From NCBI GenBank assembly GCA_964016885.1, contig OZ024740.1:58528001-58592000 (forward strand): DNA of 64,000 nucleotides, written 5' to 3'. This DNA is from Eledone cirrhosa. Lineage: Eukaryota. The notes beneath the pieces are model-generated. The model had not been told where the DNA came from and ran no database searches. It was given only the letters and a program-made list of their open reading frames with translations. Positions within the stretch are counted from its first letter, which is position 1. Each line of letters begins with the position of its first letter. This document shows positions 24,027 through 38,200 of the stretch, in pieces. Position numbers and translations under genes: made by a program.

Positions 24027-24918
24027 AAACAGCTTCTGCTACCTAGGTGACCGAATTAGCAACGGAGGTGGGTGCTCAGAAAGTACAATAACTAGGGTAA
24101 GAACGGGATGGAAGAAGTTTAGGGAACTACTACCACTGCTAGCTGCAAAAGGCTTCTCCCTCAGAATGAAAGGCAGACTGTATGATGCGTGTATCCGAAC
24201 AGCGATGTTGCATGGTAGTGAGACCTGGGCGCTGAAGGTGGAAGACTTACGTAGATTAGAGAGAAACGAAGCCTGCATGCTCCGATGGATGTGTAACAGT
24301 AATATACGTGAACGACAAAGCATAAATGAATTGAGAGAGAGACTGAGCATAAGAGGAATCAAATGCTGCGTGCAGGAGAGGCGGTTACGCTGGTATGGAC
24401 ATGTGATGCGTATGAAGGATGACAGCTGCATAAAAAGGTGCAGAGCACTAGAAGTTGATGGAAACCGCGGAGTGGGGAGACCCAAGATGACTTGGGATGA
24501 GGTGATAAAAGCCGACCTTACCCAACTACACCTCTCAAAGTCAATGACACACGACCGTGACTTCTGGCGTCACGCAGTAATACAGGGTACCCGACCTCCC
24601 ATGGGTACATGCTGAAGCATATAAACAATATGCCCCCCCCCCCCCACCGCAAGGTGGTCGTGGAGGTGCCACGGCAAAAAAGCACCCAGCCCACACTGTA
24701 AAGTGGACGTGTAGGCGCCACGAAAAAGCACCCAGCACTCACTGTAAATGAGGTTGGTGTTAGGAAGGGCATCCAGCTGTAGAAATCAAGCCAGATCAGT
24801 TCCTGTATGAGCAAGGCATGGTCAGCCGACCAGACACTGCCCACAACAGGACAACCCGTCTAACCCATGCTAGCGTGGAAGAACGGACGTAAAACGGTGA
24901 TGATGATGATGATGATGA
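24027..24918 (+). mobile_element. 5'-truncated RTE LINE family A copy
   Basis: Near-identical to 16419-17306; ORF 24166-24615. Confidence 0.93.
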
Positions 24919-25016
24919 TATATATTATATAAATATATAAATATATATATTATATAAATATATAAGTATATATATTATATATATATTATATATATATATA
25001 ATTATATATATTATAT

Positions 25017-25149
<133 letters not shown>

Positions 25150-25190
25150 ATTATATATATTATATATATATATAATTATATATATTATAT

Positions 25191-25243
<53 letters not shown>

Positions 25244-25248
25244 TATAT

Positions 25249-26482
25249 ATCATCATCATCATCATCATCAACGTTTAACGTCCGTGTTCCACGCTTGCAT
25301 GGGTTTGGACGGGGGTAGTCCCACTTGAGGCAAGAGTGATTGTCTTGCTCGCAGAGGACTGTCTGGCAGGTTTTCTACAGTTGGATGCCCTTCCTAACAC
25401 CAACCACATTTACAGTGTGGGTCTGGGAGGTTTTTACCGTGTTGCCTACACGGCCACATTACAGCGTGGACTGTGTGTTTTTTTGTCGTGACACCTACAC
25501 GATCTCATTTGTTTCGGCCTGGATGGCGCGGCACCAACATAACTTTACATAGAACGGGGTGGTGTGGATGGGGTGGGGGTGGTGGCGGGACGGGGTGTAT
25601 TTTGTTAGAGATGCCTACTGGCAAGGCGGGTCTTCTCTGTTACTGAGTACCGCCAAAGGTCTCGGTCCAGTGACATTGTCTTGGAGAGGTGTAAGTGTGT
25701 GAGGTCGGAGTTTATCAGCTCATCCCATGTTTTTCTAGGTCTGCCTATTCCGTGGCTACCGTCTATCTTTATTGCCCTGCACTTTGTTATACAGCTATCG
25801 ACTTTCATGCGCATCACGTGTCCATACCAACGCAGCCTTCTCTCGAGTAAACAACATCTGATCCCTCTTATCTCTAATCTTTTCCTTAATTCGTTTATGC
25901 TTTGCCGTTCACGTATATTACTGTTACACATCCAGCGGAGCATGCAAGCTTCATTCCTCTCTAGTCTGCGTATATCCTCTGCACACAATGCCCAGGTCTC
26001 ACTACCATGCAACATTGCTGTTCGTATGCAGGCATCGTACAACCTGCCTTTCATTTTTAGGGAGAACCCTTTAGCAGCTAATAGTGGTATAAGCTCTCTG
26101 AACTTTTTCCAACCAGTTCTGACTCTAGCTACAGTACTTTCAGAGCACCCTCCCCCACTGCTGATTTTATCGCCCAGGTAACGGAAGCTGTCCACTATTT
26201 CTATAGAACCCTCTGCGCAATTGAAAGAGCTAGTATTTTGTGGGCACTTGCTGCTACTTATTGCACCAGAACACCGGCCACATGTAAAATCTATGTTCTT
26301 AGTTAGCTTACCTGTGATCCCACTACATCTTTTATGCACCCATACTTTGCATTTAGGACATAAAATGGAGTTTCTACCTACGCCTTTCCTACACACCGAG
26401 CACGACCATTTCCCAGAAGGGACCGCCGCCTTGTTTTCTTTCCTACAAACTAGAACTTTGGTCTTAGCCAGGTTAATTTTAA
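25249..26482 (-). mobile_element. 5'-truncated RTE LINE family B copy
   Basis: ORF 25605-26396, 3' UTR and (GAT)n tail. Confidence 0.92.
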
Positions 26483-26596
26483 ATATATATATTATATATA
26501 TATATAAATATATATATTATATATATATATATATATAAATATATATATTATATATATATATAAATATATATATTATATATATATATATAAATATAT

Positions 26597-28452
26597 ATCT
26601 ATCTATCTATCTAAGGCGGGTAAAATTCCTGAGATCCATGGATGAGTTCTCTCCAGTGGTCTCTGTCCCTCATTATCGCTGCCATGTCCTGCGTCTCCAA
26701 CAGACCAGTGTCTGTCCTTAGGGCATCAACATACGTTAACCTTGGTCTTCCTCTACTAGTGTGACCATGTAGGGGCTCCCAAAGAAGCACTGAGTGCAAT
26801 GTCAACTCTGGATGTTGGTGAGCATGTCCAGCTAACCTCAGTCTCCTCTATGTCACTTTCGAGCTGACTTTTGGGATGCTCCCATACAACTCTGAGTTTT
26901 TCATCCTCAGTGTATACTGATTAATGTTCAGAGCCATCCTCAGCATTCTCGTGTAGCACCCTTCCACCATCTGAGTGAGTTTCTTGGTCAGTGTCCAAGT
27001 CTCAGACCCATACAGCAGCACAGACTACACTACAGCAATGAAGAGGTGGACTTTCAGGTCTCTACGAAGGTCCGACTTCCACACCGATCTCAAGCTGTGG
27101 CACGCCGCCCTGGCCTTGCTCTTCCTCTCAACCACATCATCTTCCGTATTCCCAATCTTTGCTCCCAAATACAGGAAGTCCTCAACCAATTCCAGCGGCT
27201 TCCCGCCTACATTAGTGATCCCCTCTGGCTTCTCAACATTCTGTACCAGATATTTTGTTTTAGTCTCATTCATTCTCAGCCCCACACTCATCGACACAGT
27301 CTCAACCTCCCGCATCAAATCCTCTGCCTCCTTCACTGTATTTGTCACCAAAACTATGTCGTTGGCAAATTCACCATCCGATACCTTTTTCGCCCTAACT
27401 CTCCTGCTCTGAGCCAGTGCTACAGTAAAGCCAGAGTCCTGGTGTTTCTCCAGTGCAAGGCGCATACAATAGTCCACTACGATGATAAAAAGGTAGGGAG
27501 CCAATGTATCTCCCTGGAGCACTCCAGCCAGTATCTCAAAGAACTCTGTCATCCCATCAGGTGTAATGACTTGGGCTTTGGTGTTGATGTAGAGCAGTGA
27601 TATCAGGTCCACTATCTTCTTTGGGATTCCATAAGCCTGTAAGATCTTCATCAGGCAGTAACGGTCCATAGAATCAAAGGCCTTCCTAAAGTCAATGAAA
27701 ACCATGACCGCAGGAAGGCACTTTGCTCTAGCTCCCTCTAATATCCTCCTCAGCATCAGGATGTGACTGGTGGTTGATTTACCCTCTCTGAAGCCGTTCT
27801 GGTTGTCCCTGAGCTTCTTCTCCATCTCAGGCTGGATCCTGTTAAGAATCATCCTGTTGATGGTCTTTGCCACAAGTGACATCAGTGAGATCCCCCGGTA
27901 GTTGTTGGTGTTAGAGAGATCTCCCTTCTTTGGCACTGGGACGATGTTACTGATCCTCCACTGATTCGGGGCAACTCCTCTCTCCAGTGCCCCGTTACAG
28001 AACCCCAGGATGATATCATCAAAATCACACCTCTTCATCACCTCTGATGCCACTCCATCTTCTCCATGAGCCTTGCCCTCCTTGATCCTCTTCTTGGCTC
28101 TCTGAAGCTCCTCTCTGGTGAAGGGCTCTGTCTCAACATCCAGTTCCTCAAACAGTCGCCTGATCTTCCCAGTGCTCTGGGCTGTGGAGGGTGGCTCTCC
28201 TAGTAGGGTCCTAAAATGGTCTAGCCATTTCCTCTTCCTATCCTCAGGCCCCGTTCCCTGGATCTGACTCAAACACCTTCTCTTCCTCCCTGTGATCTCG
28301 CTGATGATCATCCAGCTCTCCTTACATCCAGATCTGTCAACCGCTCTCTCCACACTTCTGATATTCTCTATCAGTGCCTCCTCTCTGACCTCAGTGTAAG
28401 CGGTACAGAGCTCTTCCCTCATCACCTCCACAGTCTCCATCCTCTCCTCCAT
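26597..28452 (-). mobile_element. RTE-X-like LINE, 3' half (RT pseudogene, TAGA tail)
   Basis: ORF 27025-28452 has NQNGFR, FIDFRKAFDS, GVLQGDTLAPYLF and EFANDI (YADD mutated). Stops downstream; (TAGA)n tail. Confidence 0.85.
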
Positions 28453-29925
28453 AGGATGTCCTGGGTATGATATTAAACTACATCCAGTGGCAAGGCTCCA
28501 GTTCGGGAGTTCAGGAGATGTGGGGAATGTGGAGTTACCCCTTAGTTGTCACGACTCCCAGGTCTGCCCTGGCCTGGGGTGGTAGTACCTGTTAGGGCTC
28601 CATTTATGGGTTAAATAACTACCTTATTCGAGTGGCGCCGGTAAGGTATTGTCAGCCATTGAAAAGAAATATGGAGAGTCGATCTAACAGCACTAGGGTT
28701 AGAGACCCTAATTACACTGTCAAGGAGCAGCCTGGTCGTTATGACTCTGCTGGCTTAGAGCCACAGAGAGGGCCAGTGGATGATGGATCAGCTGTCTCAG
28801 ACAAATATAAAGAATGCAGTTTTGTCCTGCAGAAGAGCCATCAAAATGGGCACTTTGAATGTGAGGACTATTCGGACGCTGAAGAAGAGAGAGGAGTTGG
28901 GACATCTGTTCAAGGAGAGAGGTATACAGATACTTGCGATCCAAGAACACAGGATCCTACATGATGAGCCCGTGAGGAGTGTGATGAACGGGAAGAAGAG
29001 CCAGCTCATCACTACATCGGCAGTGAAGAACACAACAAATGCTGCAGTGGGTGGAGTGGGTTTTGTGTTGAGTGCAAAAACCAATCTGTTGGTGAGGGAA
29101 ATAATGCCTATCACCCCGCGAGTGTTGAGGGTGGCCTCCAATGGAAACCCAAGACTGACAGTCATCTCAGCCTATAGTCCAACCGAGGGGGACAGTGATG
29201 TGAGTGCGGAAGAGTTACATGAGGAGGTGTGTAGAGCTGTCAACACCACTCAGGCACACAATATCCTGCTTGGTTTGGGGGACTTCAATGCACATCTGAG
29301 TAAGGAGGGCAGTGAAAATCCTTGCTGGTACTTCCATAACAACACCAACCGAAATGGAAGACTACTGAGAGACACCCTGCTGGAGGTGAACTTGATGGCG
29401 ACCAACCTAAGGTTTAGGAAGAATCTGGAGAAGATGTGGACCTACATCTCAGATATGCACCTGTCCAAGTCCCAGATTGATTTCATTCTGGTGAGGAAAA
29501 AGTGGCGGAATAGTGTTCTGAACACGGAACCATACAGCTATTTCAGTACACTGGGTAGTGACCACCGGCTTATGAGTGAGGTCCGGGTGAGCTTAAGAAA
29601 GAGCAAGGCTCGGCCCCGGAGAACAATCTATGTCTGGGGAGCTTTCAAGGAAGATGATAAGCTACAGGAAAGGTTCACAGTGGAAGTGAGAAACAGGTTT
29701 AGTGCTCTGTGTAGAGAGTCAAAGGAGAGAGAGATTGGATGGATTGAGGAGAGTGTGACAAGGAGGTACGGGCACTTCACCAATGCAGTGGCGTAAGCAA
29801 GTGAAACCCTGGTGCCGAGGAAAAAGAACAAAGGGAATCACGTCAGCTCTGCAAACCCAAAAGTATGTGCAGCCAGGGACCAATTCTATGCTGAAAGCTG
29901 CCAGGGACCAATTCTATGCTGATAA
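28453..29925 (+). mobile_element. RTE-X-like LINE, inverted 5' half (5' UTR + APE endonuclease)
   Basis: ORF 28780-29796 has GTLNVRT, IQEHR, SAYSPT, GDFNAH, IDFIL and SDHR; its protein continues into the opposite-strand RT ORF. Confidence 0.85.
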
Positions 29926-29934
29926 ATATATATA

Positions 29935-30765
29935 TAAACTACCTAGCCGTAGGAACACGTGCAACCCTGTAGTTAGTACTAACTGTAATTGTAGGAATTG
30001 GGTTGATTGCCCCCTATCCGGAAAATGGCTCTCTAGTAACATTGTCTACAAATGTAAGGTTGTAACACCCACTTCCCGTAGGGCCTACATAGGGTTAACC
30101 GCCAATAGATTCAAGCAGCGTCTTTACATGCATACCCATTCTTTTCGTTACCCTCTAAGAAGGAATATGACGTCACTTTTAGCTTATATCTGGAGTCTAA
30201 AAGACAACCACACCCAATATAAGTTCCACTGGGAGATCCTAGCTAGGGCTAGATCGTATAACGGAAATAAAAGACCATGTGACCTCTGCGCCGCTGAGGC
30301 CCTGGAAATACTCTACGCCACAGACCACATCTTAAACAAAAAATCTGAGGCAATTTCAGCTTGTAAACATAAATTGCACAAAACTTTCCTGTATTACAGC
30401 CCCACATTATACCCTAACGGATAGTACGGTTTATACGTGGATATTTTACGTCTTGATGTGGGAGCTAAGTATATGTTTTGTTTATACCATTACTTATTTG
30501 CATAGCGAACGTTTCCACGAACCAAAGTATCGTCTTCCTGTCTTCCTCCGGTTGCAACGTTTTTTGAAATATCCACTTCTGCGTTTACAGATTGACTTTG
30601 TTTGTTTCAGAAGATCCCGTTAAGGGTAAAAGTAGCGATTCTTTGCTTAAACTTTAATCTGTTATTTTAATAAATATTTGCTCTATGGTTCTTATATATT
30701 TGATATATATTTATCCTTATTGAGCCCTCTTTGGATTTTAGTCTTCAAATTTATTATTATTACTA
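29935..30765 (+). mobile_element. Penelope-like element 3' fragment (GIY-YIG endonuclease + 3' UTR)
   Basis: CNCR..CPLSGK..IVYKC..YIGLT..FKQR..H..SF..CDLC..E..LNKKSE..CKH in ORF ending at 30424; degenerate HHR-like core at ~30607-30632. Confidence 0.85.
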
Positions 30766-31589
30766 AATATATATATAAATATATATATTATATATATATA
30801 TATAAATATATATATTATATATACGATATTAAATAAATGGAAACTATATTTATAAAACCATATTTATTTCATTATATATATTTCAGGGATATCATATTAA
30901 AAATATGGTATGCCTTCTTCAGACAAAATACAATATAAACAGTCTTATAAATAGATAGATTTGACATACCTTACAACTTCAACTTCCATTTAAAAAGTTG
31001 ATTTGGTAGTGAAAAATGTTAGGGACAGTTATAAAAAGAAAGAAAGAAAGAAAGCGAAGAAAAAGAAGAAATGCATGCAACGAAAAACAGAGAGAGATAG
31101 ATATAGAGAGATAGATAGAGAGAAGAAATTCATGTAAAGAAAAAACAGAGAGAGATAGATAGAGAGAGAAAAAAACACAGAGGGAGATAGATAGAGAAAG
31201 AGAGAGAGAAGAGAGAGAGAGAAAAAATAGAGAGAGATAGATATATATAGAGATAGAGAGAAAGAAAATAGGTAGTTGGGCACCAGTTGAATGACGTATC
31301 AATGATATATTTATTTATTTATTTATTTATTTAGTTCTAGTATTAAGGTAGAGAGAGATATATGTGGTTAGGAGAGAAAACAGCCGTTACATAGAGAGAA
31401 AAGAAAAATATCCAGAGATAAACGAGGCATATTTAAAACATTATGTTTCATCAATCTAAAAATATCAATTCGTATGAATTAGGTATTATAATGTAAATAT
31501 CAGTATGCATGAATGAGACACGTATCAATAATGTGTGAAAAAAATAATGATCATATGTCTAGTTTAAAATTCCTAGGTTTATACCAGAA

Positions 31590-31656
31590 CAGATAAAAAA
31601 CTGAGATAAAAAAACTGAGATAAAAAAACTGAGATAAAAAACTGAGATAAAAAACT
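31590..31656. repeat. Short tandem repeat (GAGATAAAAAA[A]CT)x5
   Basis: Direct reading. Confidence 0.9.
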
Positions 31657-32675
31657 TCAAAAAAAATTATATATGCACTTTCATGAAAAAAGAAAAAGAA
31701 AAAGAAAATAGAAGGTTATCCCAGATTCGATACTATAGACTTCCATGTGAATTTACGTGATCAACTCTGCAAATTCCTATTTCACATGAAAACATTCTCA
31801 TTGTGCTATAAAAATTCTAGTATACATATATGTGTACATACACACAAATATATATAGAATCTACATTAATTTTAACAATACTATTCTTGTCTTTACTCTA
31901 CATGATTATCGTTCAAGCATAAATAGACAACAGATATCAATATATCAATAAAAATATCAAAAAATTAAAAATATTAAAAATATTAAAAATATTAAAAATA
32001 AAACACAGTATGCCCCGCAAATCAACCACAGAGATCAACCCTTCAAAATTAATTAACAATAAATTGCCAAGTTCATTATAAGCATCAGAATCAAAAGCAA
32101 ACAAAACCAAAATTATTTACCAAATCCTGTCTAGCAGAAATCATTCCAAAAGTTTAGGATACCCATTTGATCTACAGATGGTCTTATATTTATTATAGAA
32201 GTTTATCTAGTGTAAAATTTATTCGATATATTTGGAGCATCAGCTTTTAGGGTAGTTTAATTATTCATGAAGAATGTTTAAAAAAAAAAAAAATCGAAAG
32301 ATTTATCGGCGAGTTTCATAAATAATTATAAATCATAAGTAAATATACTACATTTTAAATTTATATTTATATTTAAAAGTTGAGTTCAATCTATGTCTGC
32401 AGCAACTGAATAAATTTGTCCGTAAATTTTTTTTCTCTCTCTATCTATCTCTCTCTGTTTTTTTCTTTACATGAATTTCTTCTCTCTATCTATCTCTCTA
32501 TATCTATCTCTCTCTGTTTTTCGTTGCATGCATTTCTTCTTTTTCTTCGCTTTCTTTCTTTCTTTCTTTTTATAACTGTCCCTAACATTTTTCACTACCA
32601 AATCAACTTTTTAAATGGAAGTTGAAGTTGTAAGGTATGTCAAATCTATCTATTTATAAGACTGTTTATATTGTA

Positions 32676-32737
32676 TTTTGTCTGAAGAAGGCATACCATA
32701 TTTTTAATATGATATCCCTGAAATATATATAATGAAA
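32676..32737 (+). ncRNA. Putative type I hammerhead ribozyme (mirror on - strand at 30867-30928)
   Basis: CTGAAGA at 32682; imperfect stem II AGGCATACCA/TGATATCCCT; GAAA at 32720; palindromic ATATATAT stem III; stem I TTTTGT/ATGAAA with GU pairs. Confidence 0.6.
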
Positions 32738-33088
32738 TAAATATGGTTTTATAAATATAGTTTCCATTTATTTAATATCGTAAATATACTCCAAATACTT
32801 GTTGAGTGCTTTTATATCAGTTATAAATATTTACTCGTAACCCAACAATTTAAATAAAACTTTGCATATATTATATATATATATAAATATATATAATACA
32901 TTTATATATAAATATATATATTATATATATATATAAATATATATATTATATATATATATAAATATATATATATATAAATATATATATTATATATATATAT
33001 ATAAATATATATATTATATATATATATAAATATATATATTATATATATATATAAATATATATATTATATATATATATATATATAAATA

Positions 33089-33133
<45 letters not shown>

Positions 33134-33149
33134 TATATATTATGTATAT

Positions 33150-33196
<47 letters not shown>

Positions 33197-33324
33197 TATT
33201 TATATATATATATAATATATATATTTATATATATATATATATATATAAATATATATATTATATATATATATATAAATATATATATTATATATAATATATG
33301 TATATATATATGTATATATATATG

Positions 33325-34051
<727 letters not shown>

Positions 34052-34930
34052 CGGCGATGAATTAGTTTTGCGAGGTTTTTTATATGAAATCGCGTGTCGA
34101 AACAAATATTGTTATACTTGGGGAGGGTCATATTTGTGTAATATTGCCAGAATTAATAACAAAACACACTCACTGTTTGGTTGGTTTTCGCTTTTCGCTT
34201 CTGTGTCCTTTGTATCGGTTGTGATTGCTAGATGTATTGTTGTTTACATCACCGTTATTGTTGTTGTTACTGTTATTTCTACCATTGTGGTTGTTACTTT
34301 TATAGGAAATGTATCATATGTAAGGTAAACCCCCAGATAAACTGTAAAACTAGAAACGTAGTCTATAGCATAAGATGTACAGAGGGTACTTGCAGAAACA
34401 TGACAACAACATACATAGGTGAGACAGCTCGTAGCATAGGTGAAAGGATAGACCAACACTGGGGGGAACTAAAAGGACGAAAAAACGGGTCAGTACTATA
34501 CGAACATGCCAGACAACAACACGACGGTAACATAGACAACATAGAAATGACCCAGCAGATAGGCAAATCAGAGAGGCCAGTGAAATAGAACTTAGAAGGC
34601 CAAGACTAAACAGAAAGAATGAATGGAATAACAACAGCACCCAAACAAACAACACTGACCTAAGAGAAGTATAAATAAATAAATAAATACATACACAAGC
34701 ACAATAACAACAAACACATATAAACAGACACTAGTAAAGATAGAATACATTAACCGATACACAGTCACCCAATCACGAACACACATCAAACAAAACACTA
34801 TACACACACGCAAACACATGCGCAAAGAAGACAAAATAAAATAAACAAACAAACAAATAAATAAATAAATATATAAACAGACTAAATAAAGATGCCGTAG
34901 AAATACAATGCAACGGGAGGAATCTATAGC

Positions 34931-34975
34931 ACCACTGACGATGTTGCAGATGTGCAACGAAAGAACTATGATAAA
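34931..34975 (+). ncRNA. HHR-like motif in 5' pLTR copy (second copy at ~38977-39020)
   Basis: CTGACGA/CTGATGA-T-GTTGCA-gatg-TGCAAC-GAAAG-aa-CTA; stem II perfect, stems I and III weak. Confidence 0.55.
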
Positions 34976-35237
34976 CTATATATATGTGTTTGCGTCTATA
35001 TTGTATCTGTATTATTTTTGACCGTCGGTCAGTCAATGGCAACATTGAGGACCGAATAAATTAGATTACCGATATAAAGGACACAGAAGCGAAAAGCGAA
35101 AACCAACCAAACAGTGAGTGTGTTCTGTTATTAATTCTGGCAATATTACACAAATATGACCCTCTCCAAGTATAACAATATTTGTTTCGACACACGATTT
35201 CATATAAAAAACCTCACAAAACTAATTCATCGCCGTT

Positions 35238-38200
35238 ATGGCATTAGCTTGTGCTAAGCTGAAAGGTTATTGAAAGACACTGTTTTCTGTTATATACAAA
35301 CTATAATAACAACAGAACAAATCCGCTTCTTAAAACACTGTTTCCTCCAAAATATACACAACAAACATATCAAAACAAGTAAATAATTTATTATTGAACA
35401 AAACACAAGCTGAACGACTAAAACACACAATAACAGTTAATATGAAAAGAACAACATACACAAAAGTCAACGAACTTTACAGACAGAAACGCATTAACGG
35501 TAAGGAAGTCCAAAATCTCACCACACCAAACGAAAGGGATGACTTCATGAGCGTCATCCGACGTGAAACGAAATATGCCCGAAACGAATGCAATAGGCAT
35601 TTCAATAAGAAATTAGAATGGATGAATAAGAAAAAACTACAAGAAAGTAAAATAGAATATTCTCAAAAATACCCAGATAACATCAACAATATCCGTATGA
35701 CTGATGTAAAACTACCGGAAGAATTTACCAATGACCACACAGTAAATATTTATGGGAACACTTTAATCAGTGAACAAGAACAACAAATCCTGCAGCTACC
35801 ACCAAAATTTGCCATCTACAAAAAGATTAACCCTATTGAGTGCAAAACGGAGCTGGAAAAGTGTTTCACAAAAATACGTTGGAATGCAAAAGTAAACAAC
35901 AACAACAACAACAATAATAACGGTAGTAGTAATATAAACAATAACTCTGAGTATAGAAATAACAGCCATAACAATAACAATAGCAGGAGAGTGAGAAATA
36001 GTAATAATGGTAATAATACTAATGATAGACAGAACAACAACAACAACCACAATAATAATAATAATAATAGAAACATTAACCATAGACACAGCAGCAGCGA
36101 CCACAGTAGTAATAACGGTAACAATACGAACAACAACAACAATAACCACAGTGGTAATAATGGAAATAATACATGTAGCAACATTAATGATAGACTCAAC
36201 GAAAACAAGAAACATAATAAAAGTAACAACCACAATGGTAGAAATAACAGTAACAACAACAATAACGGTGGAGTAAACAACAATACATCTAGCAATCACA
36301 ACAATAATAATAATGCTAATGATAGGAACAACAACAACCACCATGATAACAATAATAGCAACACACACAACTATGACGATAGATATAATGACAACCCTTT
36401 AGAGAAACTATTTTTGAACCCAGCTGACAAAACATATAAGATGGGTAATATCTATCCTACCCTTTAATAAAAGAGTTTGCATACCACAACAAATAGATGA
36501 CGAGACAGAGGCACAGTTCACCATAGCTAGAAATAAGATTAGACAAATAGTAGACAGGTATACTAAGAGACAGAGCAGACCAGAGGTCCAACAACTTGGG
36601 AGGAAACCTGTAGAAGGCTTGGTTAGCCTCAAGCAGCGCACAAGGGATGGTGAGGTAGTATGTCTACCCACGGATAAGTCTGATAGGATGTCAATAGATA
36701 GCATGCCGAACTACATCAAGGCTATGCAACACCACATCACCGACACGAGCGAAATTGCACAGCAAACACATGATGGGAGAGAGAAAATCCTCAACGCTTA
36801 CATGATGATGTGGACTGACATCCATGCCAACAACTTCCAGGCGTCTAACAATGGCATACCACCCTTGTATGGGCTCCGCAAAGACCACAAGACAGTCGAC
36901 GACCCGACAACAGGACCACCAACAAGACCCGTATGCGGAGCTAATATAGCTAGCAACTACAGGATCTCCTACTTCCTCTCAATGGTTATACGCCCCATAA
37001 TCAAGATGTCCCCTGATGTATGTCACAGTACAGAGGACCTCCTCAGCAGAATCAGTGAGTGCAACAAAAACAGGAACCTATCCAACTGCATAATAGGCAG
37101 CATGGATGTGGTATCACTGTACCCATCCATTAACATTGATTTTACTGTGGAAAAATGTGTGGAGATGATCATTGAGAGTGAGGTGGAGTTCTGCGACGTC
37201 GACACAGACGAACTGGGCCTTCTACTTAGACTTACCTATGACACTGACTACCTAGACAACCATGACCTTAGACGTTTCTGCCCTAGTAGACCCATAAGAG
37301 GTAGACCCCCCACCATAACCTCAATGGCAAAAAAGACTCCCATGGGAAGGTGGATTGGGTGGACCAAAGCTATACGGACCCCCCAAAACAATGATCAGGT
37401 AAGAAAAATGGTCGCACATGCAATAGGGGCTAGTATCAAAACTACCCTAAAGGGCCACATATTCAAGTTCAACGAGAAGATCTACACCCAAAATGAGGGA
37501 GCAGCCATTGGCGTCAGCATAGCTGGTGATGTTGCCAACCTTTTCATGGTATGGTGGGAAAGGAGACTTAAAGATCTCCTTAATGAGAGCTCCATAGACC
37601 TCATCATGTACTCTCGTTACGTAGACGATATCAATATAGTTATAAGAACATCCCCACTAGAGAGCACTAACAAGTTTGATTTAGAACGTAGCACAATGGA
37701 AAGCATCCAGCAGATAGCTAATTCCATACACCAGAGTATAACTGTAACTATCGACTTCCCTTCCAAACACCCTAACAATAGACTATCTGTATTAGACACG
37801 GAACTCTGGATTAACACTATAGACGAGAGAGCCCAAATTCTCCACTCACACTATGCTAAACCCATGGCCTCCAAATACCTGATACTCAAAAACTCAGCAA
37901 TTTCCAGTAGTGCTAAGTTTAATATTCTGATCGCAGATTTGGTACGAGTGATGAAGAATGTGTCCCGCATGTGCGACCCAACAGAAATGGAAAGACACAT
38001 CCAACACTTCATCAACCGCATGCAGTTCTCTGGCTACAACCAAAGAGACAGAGTCAGAGTATACGAAGGAGCCATGGAGAAGTATAAGACCCTCATAGAA
38101 CTGGACATGAAAGGAATTTGCCCATTATACAGGAGCAAATCATGGAATAGCTTAGGGCTAGACATAAGATAGGGAAAGCCACCTCTTGGTACGACAACCA

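Larger units (their letters stand above)
30822..32865 (+). mobile_element. Non-coding ~2-kb element with 354-bp HHR-containing inverted repeats and 83-nt tail (PLE-derived)
   Basis: 30822-31175 is the reverse complement of 32428-32782; tail has ACTCCA..GAGTGCTT and AATAAA; flanked by TA tracts. Confidence 0.75.

Noticed and set aside
29783-30424. Single 213-aa gene
   Set aside because: Chance read-through from the RTE-X fragment across a short TA tract into the PLE GIY-YIG fragment.
30600-30640. Hammerhead in the 3' UTR of the PLE fragment
   Set aside because: Both core boxes are mutated (CAGAAGA, TAAAA); at best a dead remnant.
35796-36368. Hydrophobic Val/Ile/Leu-rich membrane-like ORFs
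   Set aside because: Antisense or alternate frames of the AAC/AAT repeat.
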